A stretch of DNA of 64,000 bases from Spirochaetes bacterium GWB1_60_80 (lineage in GTDB: Bacteria > Spirochaetota > Spirochaetia > Treponematales > UBA12059). The translations under genes were made by a program, and so were the position numbers. The notes under the pieces were generated by a model, which worked only from the letters and a program-made list of their open reading frames with translations, ran no database searches and was not told the origin of the DNA. The stretch lies in assembly GCA_001829185.1 (NCBI GenBank), contig MIAR01000032.1, positions 306,414 to 370,413 of the forward strand. Reading direction: 5' to 3'. Below, piece after piece: positions 37,439-47,851 of this stretch; position 1 is the first letter of the stretch, and each line of letters starts with the position of its first letter.

Positions 37439-38210
37439 ATTCTTCGATGCGGAAGAAACGGCAGGCGTTGCGGTATACCGCCTCGGCTACTTCTTCCACC
37501 GCCAGATCGAGCAATTCGGCTAGGGCATCGACCGTGGAGGGCAGGAATTCGGGCTTGTTGCGCTTGCCGCGATGCTCGGATGGCACCATGAAGGGGGCTT
37601 CCGACTCCACCAGGATGCGGTCCAGCGGCAGGATGCGGACGGTATCGTGCAGGTTCCTGGCGTTTTTATAGGTCAGGTTGCCGGCGAAGGAGAAATAAAG
37701 GTTCAGCTCCATCGCCCGGCGGGCGTATTCGGCGTCTTCCGAATAGCAGTGCAGAACGCCGCCGGCCGGTGGCAGGCGGTCGACCAGGATCTCGAACATG
37801 TCTTTGCCGGCCTCGCGGTTGTGGATGATTACCGGCAGGTCATGCTGGGTGGCGATATGCAGTTGGTCGATAAACAGCTCGATCTGGCTGTCGCGGTTGC
37901 CGAATTTGTGGAAATAATCGAGGCCAATCTCGCCGACGGCCAACAGCCGCGGCAGTTTGAGGGCTTCCTCCAGTTTGTCCTTCCAGTCCTTGCCCGGGTT
38001 AGCCACCTCGGATGGTGAGACGCCGGCGGCATGGTAAACATGCTCGGCGGTTTTGAGGTTCTCGTAGATCTGGAAAAAATCGATCAGGCTATTGCTGATA
38101 GAAACGATCCGGCTTACGCCGGCCTGTTTGGCTTGTTGGCAAACCAGCAGTTGTTCAATCGGGTCGTCATAAATGAGCCCGACGTGGGCATGAGTATCAA
38201 AGTAGCGCAT
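37437..38210 (-). CDS. TatD family metal-dependent hydrolase/DNase
   Basis: MRYFDTHAHV, ...EIGLDY..., ...VIIHNREA... and LVESEAPF blocks. Confidence 0.9.
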   Translation of the reverse strand: MRYFDTHAHVGLIYDDPIEQLLVCQQAKQAGVSRIVSISNSLIDFFQIYENLKTAEHVYHAAGVSPSEVANPGKDWKDKLEEALKLPRLLAVGEIGLDYFHKFGNRDSQIELFIDQLHIATQHDLPVIIHNREAGKDMFEILVDRLPPAGGVLHCYSEDAEYARRAMELNLYFSFAGNLTYKNARNLHDTVRILPLDRILVESEAPFMVPSEHRGKRNKPEFLPSTVDALAELLDLAVEEVAEAVYRNACRFFRIEE

Positions 38211-38331
38211 CTGTCTTCCATGGAATGATTATGATGGGAGTCCCGGAAACCGGGCCCGGTAACCGGGTAAACCTAAATGTAACACGGACTGGAGGCGTCG
38301 TCAATGTAATAATAGTCTTAATTGGGGTTGT

Positions 38332-39276
38332 TTACATGGTAAAATTCGAACCAAGGTAGATTTCGCGCGCCAATTCCGAGTTGAGGATGTCCTGGCGGCT
38401 GCCGGAAACCAGGATTTGGCCCTGGTGGATGATGTGGGCGCGATGGGTTATCTCGAGGGTATCGCGCACATTGTGGTCGGTAATCAGGACGCCGATGCCT
38501 TTTTCGGACAGCCGCAGCACGATGCTTTTAATTTCGTGTACCGCGATCGGGTCAATGCCGGCGAAGGGCTCGTCCAAGAGCAGGAATTTTGGCTTGATGG
38601 CCAGGGCCCGGGCGATTTCGGTGCGGCGGCGCTCGCCACCAGACAGGGTGTAGGCATATTGGCGGCGGATGCTGCTGATGCCGAATTCCTCCAGCAGTTC
38701 ATCGGCCGTCTGGCGTTGCTGGCGGCGGTTCAGGTCGTCGCGGGTTTCCAGGATGGCCAGGATGTTCTGCTCCACCGTCAGCTTGCGGAAAACCGAGGCC
38801 TCCTGCGGCAGGTAGGCAATGCCCAGGCGCGCCCGGCGATACATCGGCATGGCGGTGAGCAGGTGGTGGTCCAGATAGACGCCACCGCTATTGGGTCGGA
38901 TAAAGCCGACGATCATGTAGAACGAGGTGGTTTTACCGGCGCCGTTTGGCCCCAAGAGGCCGGTTACTTGGCCGGTTTGCATGCTGAAACTGACGCCTTT
39001 AACCGCGATCTTGCGCCCGAAGCGCTTGACCAGCTGGCGGATTTCCAGGACATGCTGGATGCGCGGGTCGAGCACCGTCGGCGGAACATTGTCGTAGGGC
39101 GCGTCAACGGCTACCGTTATGACATCGCCAGTGGCGGGGGCCTCAATTGCGTCCGGGACGGCGTCCGCGCTGGCCGGTGGAGCGGCGTCCGAGGTGACTA
39201 GCGGAGCGGCGTCGACGTTGACCCGGGATTCCAGCGCCTCCGGGGCGGCGGGTTGGTCGCTGTGGGGGTCGCTCAT
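38332..39276 (-). CDS. lptB: LPS export ABC transporter ATP-binding protein LptB (with ~70-aa Ala/Pro/Asp-rich N-terminal extension)
   Basis: Walker A GPNGAGKTT, signature LSGGERRR, Walker B LLLDEPFAGIDP, H-loop ITDHN, C-terminal EIYLGSNF. Last gene of the lptC-A-B order. Confidence 0.85.
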   Translation of the reverse strand: MSDPHSDQPAAPEALESRVNVDAAPLVTSDAAPPASADAVPDAIEAPATGDVITVAVDAPYDNVPPTVLDPRIQHVLEIRQLVKRFGRKIAVKGVSFSMQTGQVTGLLGPNGAGKTTSFYMIVGFIRPNSGGVYLDHHLLTAMPMYRRARLGIAYLPQEASVFRKLTVEQNILAILETRDDLNRRQQRQTADELLEEFGISSIRRQYAYTLSGGERRRTEIARALAIKPKFLLLDEPFAGIDPIAVHEIKSIVLRLSEKGIGVLITDHNVRDTLEITHRAHIIHQGQILVSGSRQDILNSELAREIYLGSNFTM

Positions 39277-40064
39277 AGCTGAGCTCCGGTGCCCGTGGCG
39301 GGCGGCGTCGAGGTGTCGGTGGCGGGCACGGTGGTGTTGGTCGGGGGCATGGTGGTATCGGTGGCGGGCGCAGCAGCGTCGGTGGGTGGCACGGTACTGT
39401 CGGCTGGCGGGACGGTGGCGTCGTCGCCAGTCTCACTGGCCGGTGGCGCGGTCTGAATCACGCTGCCGCTGACCCGGCCTTCCAGGCGGATATCTTCGGT
39501 GTCGATATTGACGGTGATGCGGGCGGCCTGGTAGGTGTCTGTGTCGCGCGTGACCAGCGGTGAGCCGGTCAGTTCCAGAATCTTGGTCTTGCGGTCGTAA
39601 CGCGCGAACTCGGCGCGGCAGATCAGCTTGTCTTTAATGATGCGCACGTTGATCTGAATGACCACCAACTCGCGCACTTCGTCGTTTTCAATGTAGTTGC
39701 CGCGGATGACCAGGTTGTTTTGGCGGTCTTCCATGGCCGATGGCCCGGTCAGGCGTGAAATCTTAAGTTCGCGGTCGTAGTAGAGGTTTTCGGTGGTCAG
39801 AAGCAGCTCTTTGGCCTCGTCGATGATCTGGACGCTGCCCGAGCATTCGGCAAAGCGGAAATCGCTACCATACAGCTCGATGCGGTTGGCCTTGATGACC
39901 AGGCCGTCGGACACGATGCTGGCGTTGCCCTGCAGTATGGTGCGTTCACGTCCTCGCGCCATACTGCCGTTCATCGAGTCGGCCGTAAAGGTAAAGGTGC
40001 CGGCCGCCAGGCCGGAGAGGGTCAGCCAGGCACAGGCGGCCAGGCCGAGCAGGCGCCGCGTCAC
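39273..40064 (-). CDS. lptA: LptA/OstA-like periplasmic LPS transport protein with Thr/Pro-rich repeat tail
   Basis: Signal peptide, then OstA-N-like beta-jellyroll repeats (IKANRIELY..., VIRGNYIEND...). The C-terminus is TVPPADSTVPPTDAAAPATDTT..., encoded by tandem DNA repeats at 39300-39430. ATGA overlap with lptB. Confidence 0.75.
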   Translation of the reverse strand: MTRRLLGLAACAWLTLSGLAAGTFTFTADSMNGSMARGRERTILQGNASIVSDGLVIKANRIELYGSDFRFAECSGSVQIIDEAKELLLTTENLYYDRELKISRLTGPSAMEDRQNNLVIRGNYIENDEVRELVVIQINVRIIKDKLICRAEFARYDRKTKILELTGSPLVTRDTDTYQAARITVNIDTEDIRLEGRVSGSVIQTAPPASETGDDATVPPADSTVPPTDAAAPATDTTMPPTNTTVPATDTSTPPATGTGAQL

Positions 40065-40903
40065 TGGGCGCTGCCTTGTTGGTCGGTTGGGCTGGTATTC
40101 GGCCTGATAGACGGGCTGGTAGCCGGCGGATTGGCCGGGCTGGCGACTGGGTTGAGAGCCGGGCTGGGCGCCGCGGTGTCCGTTGTTGCGTCGTCCTGTT
40201 CGAGGGTGGAAGCCTCGGTAATTGTCTGTTCGTCGGCTGGTGCTTCATTAGTTGCTGCTTCAGGCGCTACCACCTCGGACAGTTCTGGCGCGGCGGCATC
40301 GGGCGCAGCGCTATCCGGCACAAAGCGGCCGTTGACCGTTTCCTGGAAAATGAAACTGCGCGTCCGGGCGTCGGCGGCGAAACCGGCGCCGGACAGGCTG
40401 GATGCGCCGTCGGACAGGGTGGTGATGGTGTCTAGCTGGCTGGAAAGGGTCCGGTTTTCGCCGTTCCAGGACAGATTGCCGGTGGTAACGGTGATGTCGT
40501 CGCCCGGGGCGGCGAAAAAGACGTTGCCGGATAAATCGGCGCTTTCGGTTTCGACATAGAAGCTGCCGCGGTCGGCGTGTCCATTGGCGACAATGTGACC
40601 GTCATGCGGATCATATTCGGTGAAGGTGACGCCTTCCATGGCAAAACGGCCTTCCTTCTCCCATTTTTCGGCCTTTTCGGCTTCTAACTTGTAGAGGATG
40701 CGGCCGTTCCTGACCACGGTATGGCGGAAGTCGAAGACGATGGTATCCGGCAAGGTGCTGGCGTCATCGTCGAGACTGCCGTAATCGAGGCTGCACGCGG
40801 CCAGGAGAAGGCTAACCATCAGGGCGAGCGCCTTAGCTGGCGCCTGGCCGTTTCGCCGATGGCCAGGAGGCAAGCGGACAGTTTCAAGCACGGGGTTTAA
40901 CAT
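40061..40903 (-). CDS. lptC: LptC-like lipoprotein with Ala/Pro/Thr-rich C-terminal tail
   Basis: Lipobox LLAAC. Beta-rich ~150-aa core. Positioned immediately upstream of lptA-lptB, overlapping lptA by 4 bp. Start set at MLNPV, just after the pyrG stop. Confidence 0.6.
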   Translation of the reverse strand: MLNPVLETVRLPPGHRRNGQAPAKALALMVSLLLAACSLDYGSLDDDASTLPDTIVFDFRHTVVRNGRILYKLEAEKAEKWEKEGRFAMEGVTFTEYDPHDGHIVANGHADRGSFYVETESADLSGNVFFAAPGDDITVTTGNLSWNGENRTLSSQLDTITTLSDGASSLSGAGFAADARTRSFIFQETVNGRFVPDSAAPDAAAPELSEVVAPEAATNEAPADEQTITEASTLEQDDATTDTAAPSPALNPVASPANPPATSPSIRPNTSPTDQQGSAQ

Positions 40904-42525
40904 GATCCAGGAGTCTGTCGGGCTTTGGCTTGGTCCAGGCAAGCCTTTACGAAAGCGGCGAATAGCGGGTGTGGCGCAACTGGCGCCGACTTAAATTCGG
41001 GGTGGAATTGGACGCCGACGCCCCAGGGATGATTGGGCCATTCCAGGCACTCCACCAGTTCCTCGTCGGGGGTCAGGCCGGCGATGGTGATGCCGGATTT
41101 GCGGAAGTCGTCGCGGTAGGTATTCGTAAACTCGTAGCGGTGGCGGTGGCGCTCCGAGACTAGGTTGCCGCCGTAGGCCAGGGCGGCCTTGCTGCCGGCC
41201 ACGAAGACCGTGTCGTTGCGTCCCAGGCGCATGGTGCCGCCGAAATTCTTGATGTTGATCTGATCCTGGAGCAGGCTGACCACCGGGTGCGGCGTGTCCT
41301 GGCAGAATTCGGTGGAATCAGCGTCGGCCCAGCCCAGGATGTGGCGGGCCCAGTCGATGGCCATGATCTGCATGCCCAGGCAGATGCCGAAGTAGGGCAG
41401 CCCTGTCTCGCGCGCCCAGCGGGCGGTGTCCACCATGCCACGGGTGCCGCGGTGGCCGAAGCCGCCGGGCACCAGGATGCCGGCGACGTCCTTGAAGACG
41501 GCCGCAAAGTCCACCTGGGCGCTCTCCAGCTTGTCGGAATCGACCGGCACGATGTCGACAGCCGCCTGGTGGGCGAAGCCGCCGTGATGGAGGGCTTCCC
41601 AGACCGACTTATAGGCGTCGTGCAGCTCCATGTATTTGCCAACCACGGCGATGCGCACCCGGCTTTTCGGCTCCTTGATGCGGCGCACTAGGCTTTGCCA
41701 GAGCTTGAGGTCGGCATGGCGGCTTTCGACGTTCATGCGCTTCAGGATGAAGCTGTCCAGCCCCTGCTCCTGGTAGACCAGCGGCACCTCGTAGATCGAG
41801 TCGACATTGTAGGCCGAAATGATGCCGTCAAAATCGATATTGGTGAAGGCGGCCAGCTTGCGGCGCAGCGCCTCGTCGAGCGGCTCGTCGGAACGACAGA
41901 CCAGGACGTCTGGCTGGATGCCAACTTCCTGCAGTTCCTTGACCGAGTGCTGCGACGGCTTGGTCTTGAGCTCTCCGCCGGTGACGGCCGGAATCAGGGT
42001 AACGTGGACGCTGACGGCGTTGGCGTGGCCGTATTCGTGGATCAGCTGGCGGGCCGCCTCCAGGAAGGGGATGCTCTCGATGTCGCCGACCGTGCCGCCC
42101 ACCTCGATGATGGTGATGTCGACGTCGGCTTCCTTGCCGATGGCGGTGATGCGGGCCTTGATCTCGTCGGTGATGTGCGGCACCACCTGCACGGTGCGGC
42201 CCAGGAAGCGGCCTTCGCGTTCCTTGTTGATGACGTCGCGGTAGACTTGGCCGGTGGTTACCGAGTTGGCGCGCGAGATGGGCGCGTTGGTGAACCGGGC
42301 GTAATTGCCCAGATCGAGGTCGGTTTCGGCGCCATCGTCGGTGACGTAGACCTCGCCATGCTGGTAGGGACTCATGGTACCGGCGTCGACGTTCAGGTAG
42401 GGGTCCACCTTGAGCATGCGCACGGTCAGGCCGCGCGCCTCCAGGAGGCAGCCGATTGAGGAGGCGGTAATGCCTTTTCCGAGGGAGGAACAAACGCCTC
42501 CGGTCACAAAGATAAGCTTCTTCAT
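40897..42525 (-). CDS. pyrG: CTP synthase
   Basis: MKKLIFVTGGVCSSLGKGITASS N-terminus. GATase domain with GICLGMQ and H/E. 542 aa. Confidence 0.95.
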   Translation of the reverse strand: MKKLIFVTGGVCSSLGKGITASSIGCLLEARGLTVRMLKVDPYLNVDAGTMSPYQHGEVYVTDDGAETDLDLGNYARFTNAPISRANSVTTGQVYRDVINKEREGRFLGRTVQVVPHITDEIKARITAIGKEADVDITIIEVGGTVGDIESIPFLEAARQLIHEYGHANAVSVHVTLIPAVTGGELKTKPSQHSVKELQEVGIQPDVLVCRSDEPLDEALRRKLAAFTNIDFDGIISAYNVDSIYEVPLVYQEQGLDSFILKRMNVESRHADLKLWQSLVRRIKEPKSRVRIAVVGKYMELHDAYKSVWEALHHGGFAHQAAVDIVPVDSDKLESAQVDFAAVFKDVAGILVPGGFGHRGTRGMVDTARWARETGLPYFGICLGMQIMAIDWARHILGWADADSTEFCQDTPHPVVSLLQDQINIKNFGGTMRLGRNDTVFVAGSKAALAYGGNLVSERHRHRYEFTNTYRDDFRKSGITIAGLTPDEELVECLEWPNHPWGVGVQFHPEFKSAPVAPHPLFAAFVKACLDQAKARQTPGSC

Positions 42526-42776
42526 GGAAGGCCATTATCGGGCTTTTCTACCCTGCGGGTCAAGGCGGGGTCTGGGCGTGCCGGCGCCCTGGCGGCCGCC
42601 GTCGGGTCGCCGCTGGAATCTTCGGCCCGGGGCCGAAGGATTTCCGCTCTGCCCCTCACGCTCGGCTGGCGGTGGCGGCTCAGAGTCGCATCTCCTGACC
42701 TCGAAAGGCCTAGCTTCGCAGCCTGGTCTTCTGCGCCACCCTGTCAGACGGCGGCATTCCCTGCTATACTCTGTAG

Positions 42777-43238
42777 ATGGAGCAAAACACCCGCCGTTTC
42801 ATCGTCGAAAAGCTGACCAACCGGCAGGATGCCTACTTTACCATCCACTGGTCGCCGTTTACCCTAGCCGAGCGTATGCTGGTCAACCGCAGCGTGCCGT
42901 CGGTGGGCGGGTTGGCCGAGCTGTATTACAAGAACGACCACGGCCAGCTTTGCCTCTATCACCTGGCGCGTTGTTTCTACGGCGGCCTGCGCTCCACCAT
43001 CCGGGCGGCCATCGACCTGGAGACCGAAACCGACGAGCGGCGGCGCGTCATTCTGGCCGCGTACGAGGATAAAATCTTCTATAGATATACCTGCGTCGAA
43101 TCGCAGGCCGATATCAGCGACATCGTTTTTTTCTTCATGAAAACTTATATGCCCAAGGGGCCAGCCTACGAGCATTCTGGCCGTTACCTACGCATTTTCC
43201 TGAAGGAACTGAACGCCGAGCAGCTGATTACCATCTAA
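42777..43238 (+). CDS. hypothetical protein
   Basis: 153-aa ORF, coding-like, no recognisable motif. Convergent with pth, 4-bp overlap. Confidence 0.45.
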   Translation: MEQNTRRFIVEKLTNRQDAYFTIHWSPFTLAERMLVNRSVPSVGGLAELYYKNDHGQLCLYHLARCFYGGLRSTIRAAIDLETETDERRRVILAAYEDKIFYRYTCVESQADISDIVFFFMKTYMPKGPAYEHSGRYLRIFLKELNAEQLITI

Positions 43239-43822
43239 ACCGCTGCTAAGGCGTTCAGCTTGCGGTATGTGACCAGCCCGGCCTCGAACTCGCCGGCCAG
43301 GCAGGCGGTGATGGCCCGTTCGGCGGCTGGAAAGATACTGCAGCTCAGTTTTTCGTGTTCGTCGCGGCTGAAATCGGACAGCACATAACCGGAGATGTCG
43401 TCGTGGTTGGGCCGTCCGATACCCAGGCGTAGGCGCTGCCAGGCCTCGGTGCCGAAGCTGGCCTTCATGGAGCGCAGGCCGTTATGACCACCCAGGCCGC
43501 CGCCGCTCTTGAGACTAAAGAAACCGAAACCGAGTTCCAGGTCGTCGTGGACCACCAGGATTTCGGTCGGTAGAATCTTGTAAAAGCGGGCTAGTTCGGC
43601 GACGCTAGTGCCCGACAGGTTCATGAAGGTTTCCGGTTTCAGGAACCAGACTCGGCCGGCGGTAGTTTCCAGGTCGGCCCAGCTGCCCTTGTAGCCGCGC
43701 CGCCAGTTGAGGCCGCGGGCGCAGGCCAAGCTGTCCAGGAACTGCCAGGCCACGTTGTGGCGGTTGTTGGCGTATTCCCGCCCGTGGTTGCCCAGGAACA
43801 CAAAGAGCTTTATACCTGTCAT
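43235..43822 (-). CDS. pth: peptidyl-tRNA hydrolase
   Basis: LFVFLGNHGREYANNRHNVAW and GGHNGLRS, the Pth signature blocks. Confidence 0.9.
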   Translation of the reverse strand: MTGIKLFVFLGNHGREYANNRHNVAWQFLDSLACARGLNWRRGYKGSWADLETTAGRVWFLKPETFMNLSGTSVAELARFYKILPTEILVVHDDLELGFGFFSLKSGGGLGGHNGLRSMKASFGTEAWQRLRLGIGRPNHDDISGYVLSDFSRDEHEKLSCSIFPAAERAITACLAGEFEAGLVTYRKLNALAAV

Positions 43823-44067
43823 CGATTTCTCCCCGCCTGGTTTGATTCTCGGACGCTGTACTATTTTCGCAGCCGGAGCGTATAGTACAGTATGGTTGAC
43901 TGGAGGGCAAGCCGAAGCGCCTGACGCCGGGGCTGACAGCCTGGCCGGTTTGACCAGGGCTTGCCGGGGATGCTACTATTGTCTCGGGCCGGAGATCGCT
44001 GGCGGCCGGGCATCGGGTCGCCCTGAAAGAGACAAAGCCTTCCGTCATTTTGCCTACAGGAGCTGTT

Positions 44068-45723
44068 ATGAAGCCAATCGTTTATGTGCTCGGCCATAAG
44101 AATCCGGATACCGACTCGGTGGTTTCGGCCACGGCCTACGCCCACCTGAAATGCGAGCTTGGCCAGACCGACTGCGTGGCGGCCCGGGCCGGCGCCATGA
44201 ACCCGCAGGCCGAGTACATCTTTGAGCGCTTCAAGGTGCCTTTCCCGGTCTTCATACCCGATCTTCTACCTAAAGTGGAGTACTATCTGGGCGCTTCGCC
44301 GGTGCTGGTGGACCGCGGCACGCCGTTGTGGGACGCCTTGTCCCTGATGAACTCCGGCAACCAGAAGGCCCTACCTATCGTCGACAGCGACGGCCGTTAC
44401 CGGGCGATGCTCCATTACTCCTCGTTTGCCCAGAACATCCTCAAGAAGATCAACCCGCACAAGAAAGCGGTCATCCCCACCAGCCTGGGACGGCTGCTGG
44501 CCACCATCAAGGCTCAGCCGGTGGCCGTCTTCGACCCCGAGGAGCAGTTCAAGGCCCGTATCCTGGTGGCCGCCCTGGAAATGCCGACCTTCAAACAGCA
44601 TCTGGACGCCGAGGACGCTTCCAACGTGGTGGTCATCGTCGGCGACCGCCTGGACGTGCAGCGCTACGCCATCGAGTCCAAGGTGCGGCTACTGCTGCTG
44701 ACCAACGGCGTGCTGCTGAGTAAGGAGCTCAAGGCCCTGGCCGAGGTTAATCGGGTGTCGGTGCTGGTCTCGCCCTACGACACTTCCAGCACCTCGCTCT
44801 TGGTGATCTACTCCACGCCGGTGGAGACGATGGGCGACGCCAGCATCCATAGCATCCCGCTGCACGAGCCGATGAAGAAGGCGCGCGAGGCCATTAACGC
44901 CTCGCCCAGCCGCTCGGTGCCGGTGGTGGACGAGGATGGCCGGGTGGTTGGCCTGTTCACGGAAGGCGACCTGATCCGCGAGCCCAACCTGTCGCTGATT
45001 CTGGTGGACCACAACGAGCTGAGCCAGGCCGTGGACGGCGCCGAGCATTACCGCATCCTGGAGGTGATAGACCACCACCGGCTGGGCGCCTTTGCCACCC
45101 GCTATCCGATAACTTTTATTAACCGAGTGGTGGGCTCCACCAGCACCATGGTGGCCGACATGTTCCGCGCCGAGAAGATACCCTTGCCCCGACCCCTGGC
45201 CGCCTTGCTGTTGGGCGGCATTCTGTCCGACACCCTGGTGCTGAAGTCGGCTACCACCACCGGCCTGGACGTGGACATGGCCGAGTACCTGGCCAACATC
45301 AGCGACCTGGAGATCGACGAATTCGGCCGCGACATCATGAGCTCGGCCAGCCTGGTGGCCAGCAAGCCGGTCGACGAGATCGTCGGCCTGGACATGAAGG
45401 AATACCAGGCCGCCGGCTTCGGCTTTACCATCAGCCAGGTGGAGGTCAACGCCCCGGCCGAGATACTGGAGCGCCGCGAGGAGCTGCTGGCCACCCTGGA
45501 CGGCTTACGCAAGGCTGGCGGCCATTTCTTCAGCGCCTTGATGGTCACCGACATCACCGAACTGTCCAGCATCCTGTTTATCCAAGGCGACAAAGAGATG
45601 CTGGCCGCCCTGCGCTGGCCGCGGCTGGAGCCGGGGGTGTTCGAGCTCAAGGACGTGCTGTCGCGCAAGAAGCAGCTGGCGCCGGTGTTGATCGAGCTGG
45701 TGGAGAAGCTGGCGGGAGACTGA
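44068..45723 (+). CDS. putative manganese-dependent inorganic pyrophosphatase (DHH-DHHA2) with CBS and DRTGG insert domains
   Basis: DHH motif VLGHKNPDTDSV. A CBS pair and a DRTGG-like region (VVIVGDR). LVDHNE. DHHA2 C-terminal domain. RBS caggag before ATG 44068. Confidence 0.85.
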   Translation: MKPIVYVLGHKNPDTDSVVSATAYAHLKCELGQTDCVAARAGAMNPQAEYIFERFKVPFPVFIPDLLPKVEYYLGASPVLVDRGTPLWDALSLMNSGNQKALPIVDSDGRYRAMLHYSSFAQNILKKINPHKKAVIPTSLGRLLATIKAQPVAVFDPEEQFKARILVAALEMPTFKQHLDAEDASNVVVIVGDRLDVQRYAIESKVRLLLLTNGVLLSKELKALAEVNRVSVLVSPYDTSSTSLLVIYSTPVETMGDASIHSIPLHEPMKKAREAINASPSRSVPVVDEDGRVVGLFTEGDLIREPNLSLILVDHNELSQAVDGAEHYRILEVIDHHRLGAFATRYPITFINRVVGSTSTMVADMFRAEKIPLPRPLAALLLGGILSDTLVLKSATTTGLDVDMAEYLANISDLEIDEFGRDIMSSASLVASKPVDEIVGLDMKEYQAAGFGFTISQVEVNAPAEILERREELLATLDGLRKAGGHFFSALMVTDITELSSILFIQGDKEMLAALRWPRLEPGVFELKDVLSRKKQLAPVLIELVEKLAGD

Positions 45724-45795
45724 GCGCCGCAGTGGTCGTTATGAAAGAAAGAGGCGCCCGTTTGGAGCGCCTCTTTCTTTTTGGAGAGGTGAGGA

Positions 45796-47820
45796 TTAGG
45801 CGGCCAGTTTCTGCCGGACGACCGGCCCTTTGAGCAGCCGTTGCAGGACATAGCCGCAGATCAGTACGGTCAGGCCGATCAGGTCAGTGTAGACGCCGGG
45901 CATGACCATCAGCACGCCGCCGGCCAGGAAGATGGGACGTTCCCAGAAGTGCAGGCTGCGCCGGAAGTAGCCCATGACGCCGGCCGACACGCCGACGATG
46001 CCGATGACGCTGGTTAAGACCATCAGGATGACGTCGACGGGGGTAACGTTGAACAGCAGCATCTGCGGGTTGTAAACAAAAATGTACGGCACCATGAAGG
46101 CGGCCACGGCTAGCTTGGAGGCATGTAACCCGGTTTTCATCGGGTTGGCCTTGGCGATGCCCGCCCCGGCGAAGGCGGCTAGCGCCACCGGCGGCGTCAC
46201 GTCGGCGATGATGCCGAAGTAGAAGGCGAACATGTGGGCCGGCAGCACGATCATGGGCGCGAAGTCGCCCAGCTCGGGGTAGATGCCGCGCAGGATGAGG
46301 ATGATGGCCGGCGCGGCGATGGTCGAGGTGATGACGTAGTTGGCGGTGGTCGGCACACCCATGCCCAGGATGATTGAGGTGACCATGGTGAAGACCAGGG
46401 TCATGAAGAGTTGCCCGTCGGCCAGGGCTACCAGGCTGGAACCCAGCTTCAGGCCCAGGCCGGTCAGGGTAACCACGCCGATGATAATGCCGGCGCAGGC
46501 CGTGGCCGACAGGACGCCCAGGGCGCCGCGGCCGCCGGCTTCCATGCCGGCGATGATGTCGATCGGCTTGAAGGCGACCGGCTTCTTGCGCAGCAGGTTG
46601 ACGCCCGAGGCGCACAGCGCCGTGGTAATCGAGAGCACGATGGCCACCAGGGCGGCGCGCATCGGCGTGTAGCCGGTAACCAGCAGGAAGATGATGGCCA
46701 CCAGCGGGATGGTCAGATAGCTCTTCTGCCACAGATCCTTCCACTTGGGCATCTCGGCCTTGGTCAGGCCGCGCAGGCCGAGCCGCTTGGCCTCCAGGTG
46801 GACGCCGGCCCAGACGCCAAAGTAGTAGAGCAGGGCGGGGATGATGGCCGCCGCGATGATGCGCGAGTAGGGTATCTCGGTAAACTCGGCCATCAGGAAG
46901 GCGGCCGCGCCCATGATCGGCGGCATCAGCTGGCCGCCGGTGCTGGCGGTGGCTTCCACGGCGCCGGCGAATTCCGGCTTGTAGCCGAGTTTCTTCATCA
47001 TGGGAATGGTGAAGCTGCCGGTGCCGACCACGTTGGCCACCGACGAGCCGGAGATCATGCCCATCAGGCCGCTGGACAGCACCGCCACCTTGGCCGGTCC
47101 GCCGACGCTGCGGCCGGCGATGGCGTTGGATATGTCGATGAAGAATTGGCCGAGGCCGGTGCGCTCCAGGTAGGCGCCAAACAGGATGAACAGGAAGATG
47201 AAGGTGCTGGACACGCCCAGCGGGATGCCGAAAACGCCTTCGGTGGTGTAGAAGAGGTGGCCCACCAGGGTGCTGATGTTGGCGCCGCGATGGCCGAGCC
47301 GGCCGGGGATGTAGGGGCCGACGAAGGCGTAAACGATGAACAGGCAGGCGATGACGATGATCGGGATACCTACCACGCGACGGGCGGCCTCCAGCACCAG
47401 CAGGATGCCGATGATGCCGACCACTATGTCCAGCGGCGTCGGCATGCCGGCCCGCGTCACCAGCTGCGAGTACATGCCGATGATATACAGCGGCGTGATG
47501 CCGCCGATAATGGCCAGCACCCAGTCCACCGGGTGGATGCTGTCGCGCGGCCATTTCTTGCTGGCCGGGTACAAGAGGAAGATCAGCACCAAGCCGAAGG
47601 ACAGGTGGGCCGAGCGCTGGATCATGGCGTCGAGCACGCCGAAGACGGCGGTGTACAGCTGGAAGGTGGTGAAGACGATGGCGATGGCGGCTACCGCCTT
47701 GCCCAGAAAGCCGCCGAGGATGCGGAAATCCGATTCCTTGTCGAATTTTTTCAATATTTGCTGACTGTCGACCTGGCCGGAATCGGCGGCGGTTGGCGTA
47801 GCATGGCTGGTATCACTCAT
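45796..47820 (-). CDS. TRAP transporter fused permease subunit (TAXI-type, 4TM/12TM fusion)
   Basis: About 18 TM helices. The 674-aa size and architecture are typical of TAXI-TRAP permeases. Start set at MSDTSH; the longer track ORF would overlap the upstream gene. Confidence 0.8.
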   Translation of the reverse strand: MSDTSHATPTAADSGQVDSQQILKKFDKESDFRILGGFLGKAVAAIAIVFTTFQLYTAVFGVLDAMIQRSAHLSFGLVLIFLLYPASKKWPRDSIHPVDWVLAIIGGITPLYIIGMYSQLVTRAGMPTPLDIVVGIIGILLVLEAARRVVGIPIIVIACLFIVYAFVGPYIPGRLGHRGANISTLVGHLFYTTEGVFGIPLGVSSTFIFLFILFGAYLERTGLGQFFIDISNAIAGRSVGGPAKVAVLSSGLMGMISGSSVANVVGTGSFTIPMMKKLGYKPEFAGAVEATASTGGQLMPPIMGAAAFLMAEFTEIPYSRIIAAAIIPALLYYFGVWAGVHLEAKRLGLRGLTKAEMPKWKDLWQKSYLTIPLVAIIFLLVTGYTPMRAALVAIVLSITTALCASGVNLLRKKPVAFKPIDIIAGMEAGGRGALGVLSATACAGIIIGVVTLTGLGLKLGSSLVALADGQLFMTLVFTMVTSIILGMGVPTTANYVITSTIAAPAIILILRGIYPELGDFAPMIVLPAHMFAFYFGIIADVTPPVALAAFAGAGIAKANPMKTGLHASKLAVAAFMVPYIFVYNPQMLLFNVTPVDVILMVLTSVIGIVGVSAGVMGYFRRSLHFWERPIFLAGGVLMVMPGVYTDLIGLTVLICGYVLQRLLKGPVVRQKLAA

Positions 47821-47851
47821 CGGATGCCTTTCGGCGGGGTTCCGGCCGGCT

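Noticed and set aside
38416-39201. 261-aa plus-strand ORF over lptB
   Set aside because: Antisense to lptB, which carries Walker A/B and ABC signature motifs.
41695-42535. 254-aa (+) and 235-aa (-) ORFs over pyrG
   Set aside because: Antisense or alternative frames of CTP synthase.
43823-44067. Possible riboswitch upstream of the CBS-pyrophosphatase gene
   Set aside because: Contains a 9-bp hairpin (ctgtactat…atagtacag) but no recognisable riboswitch consensus. More likely a promoter or operator region.
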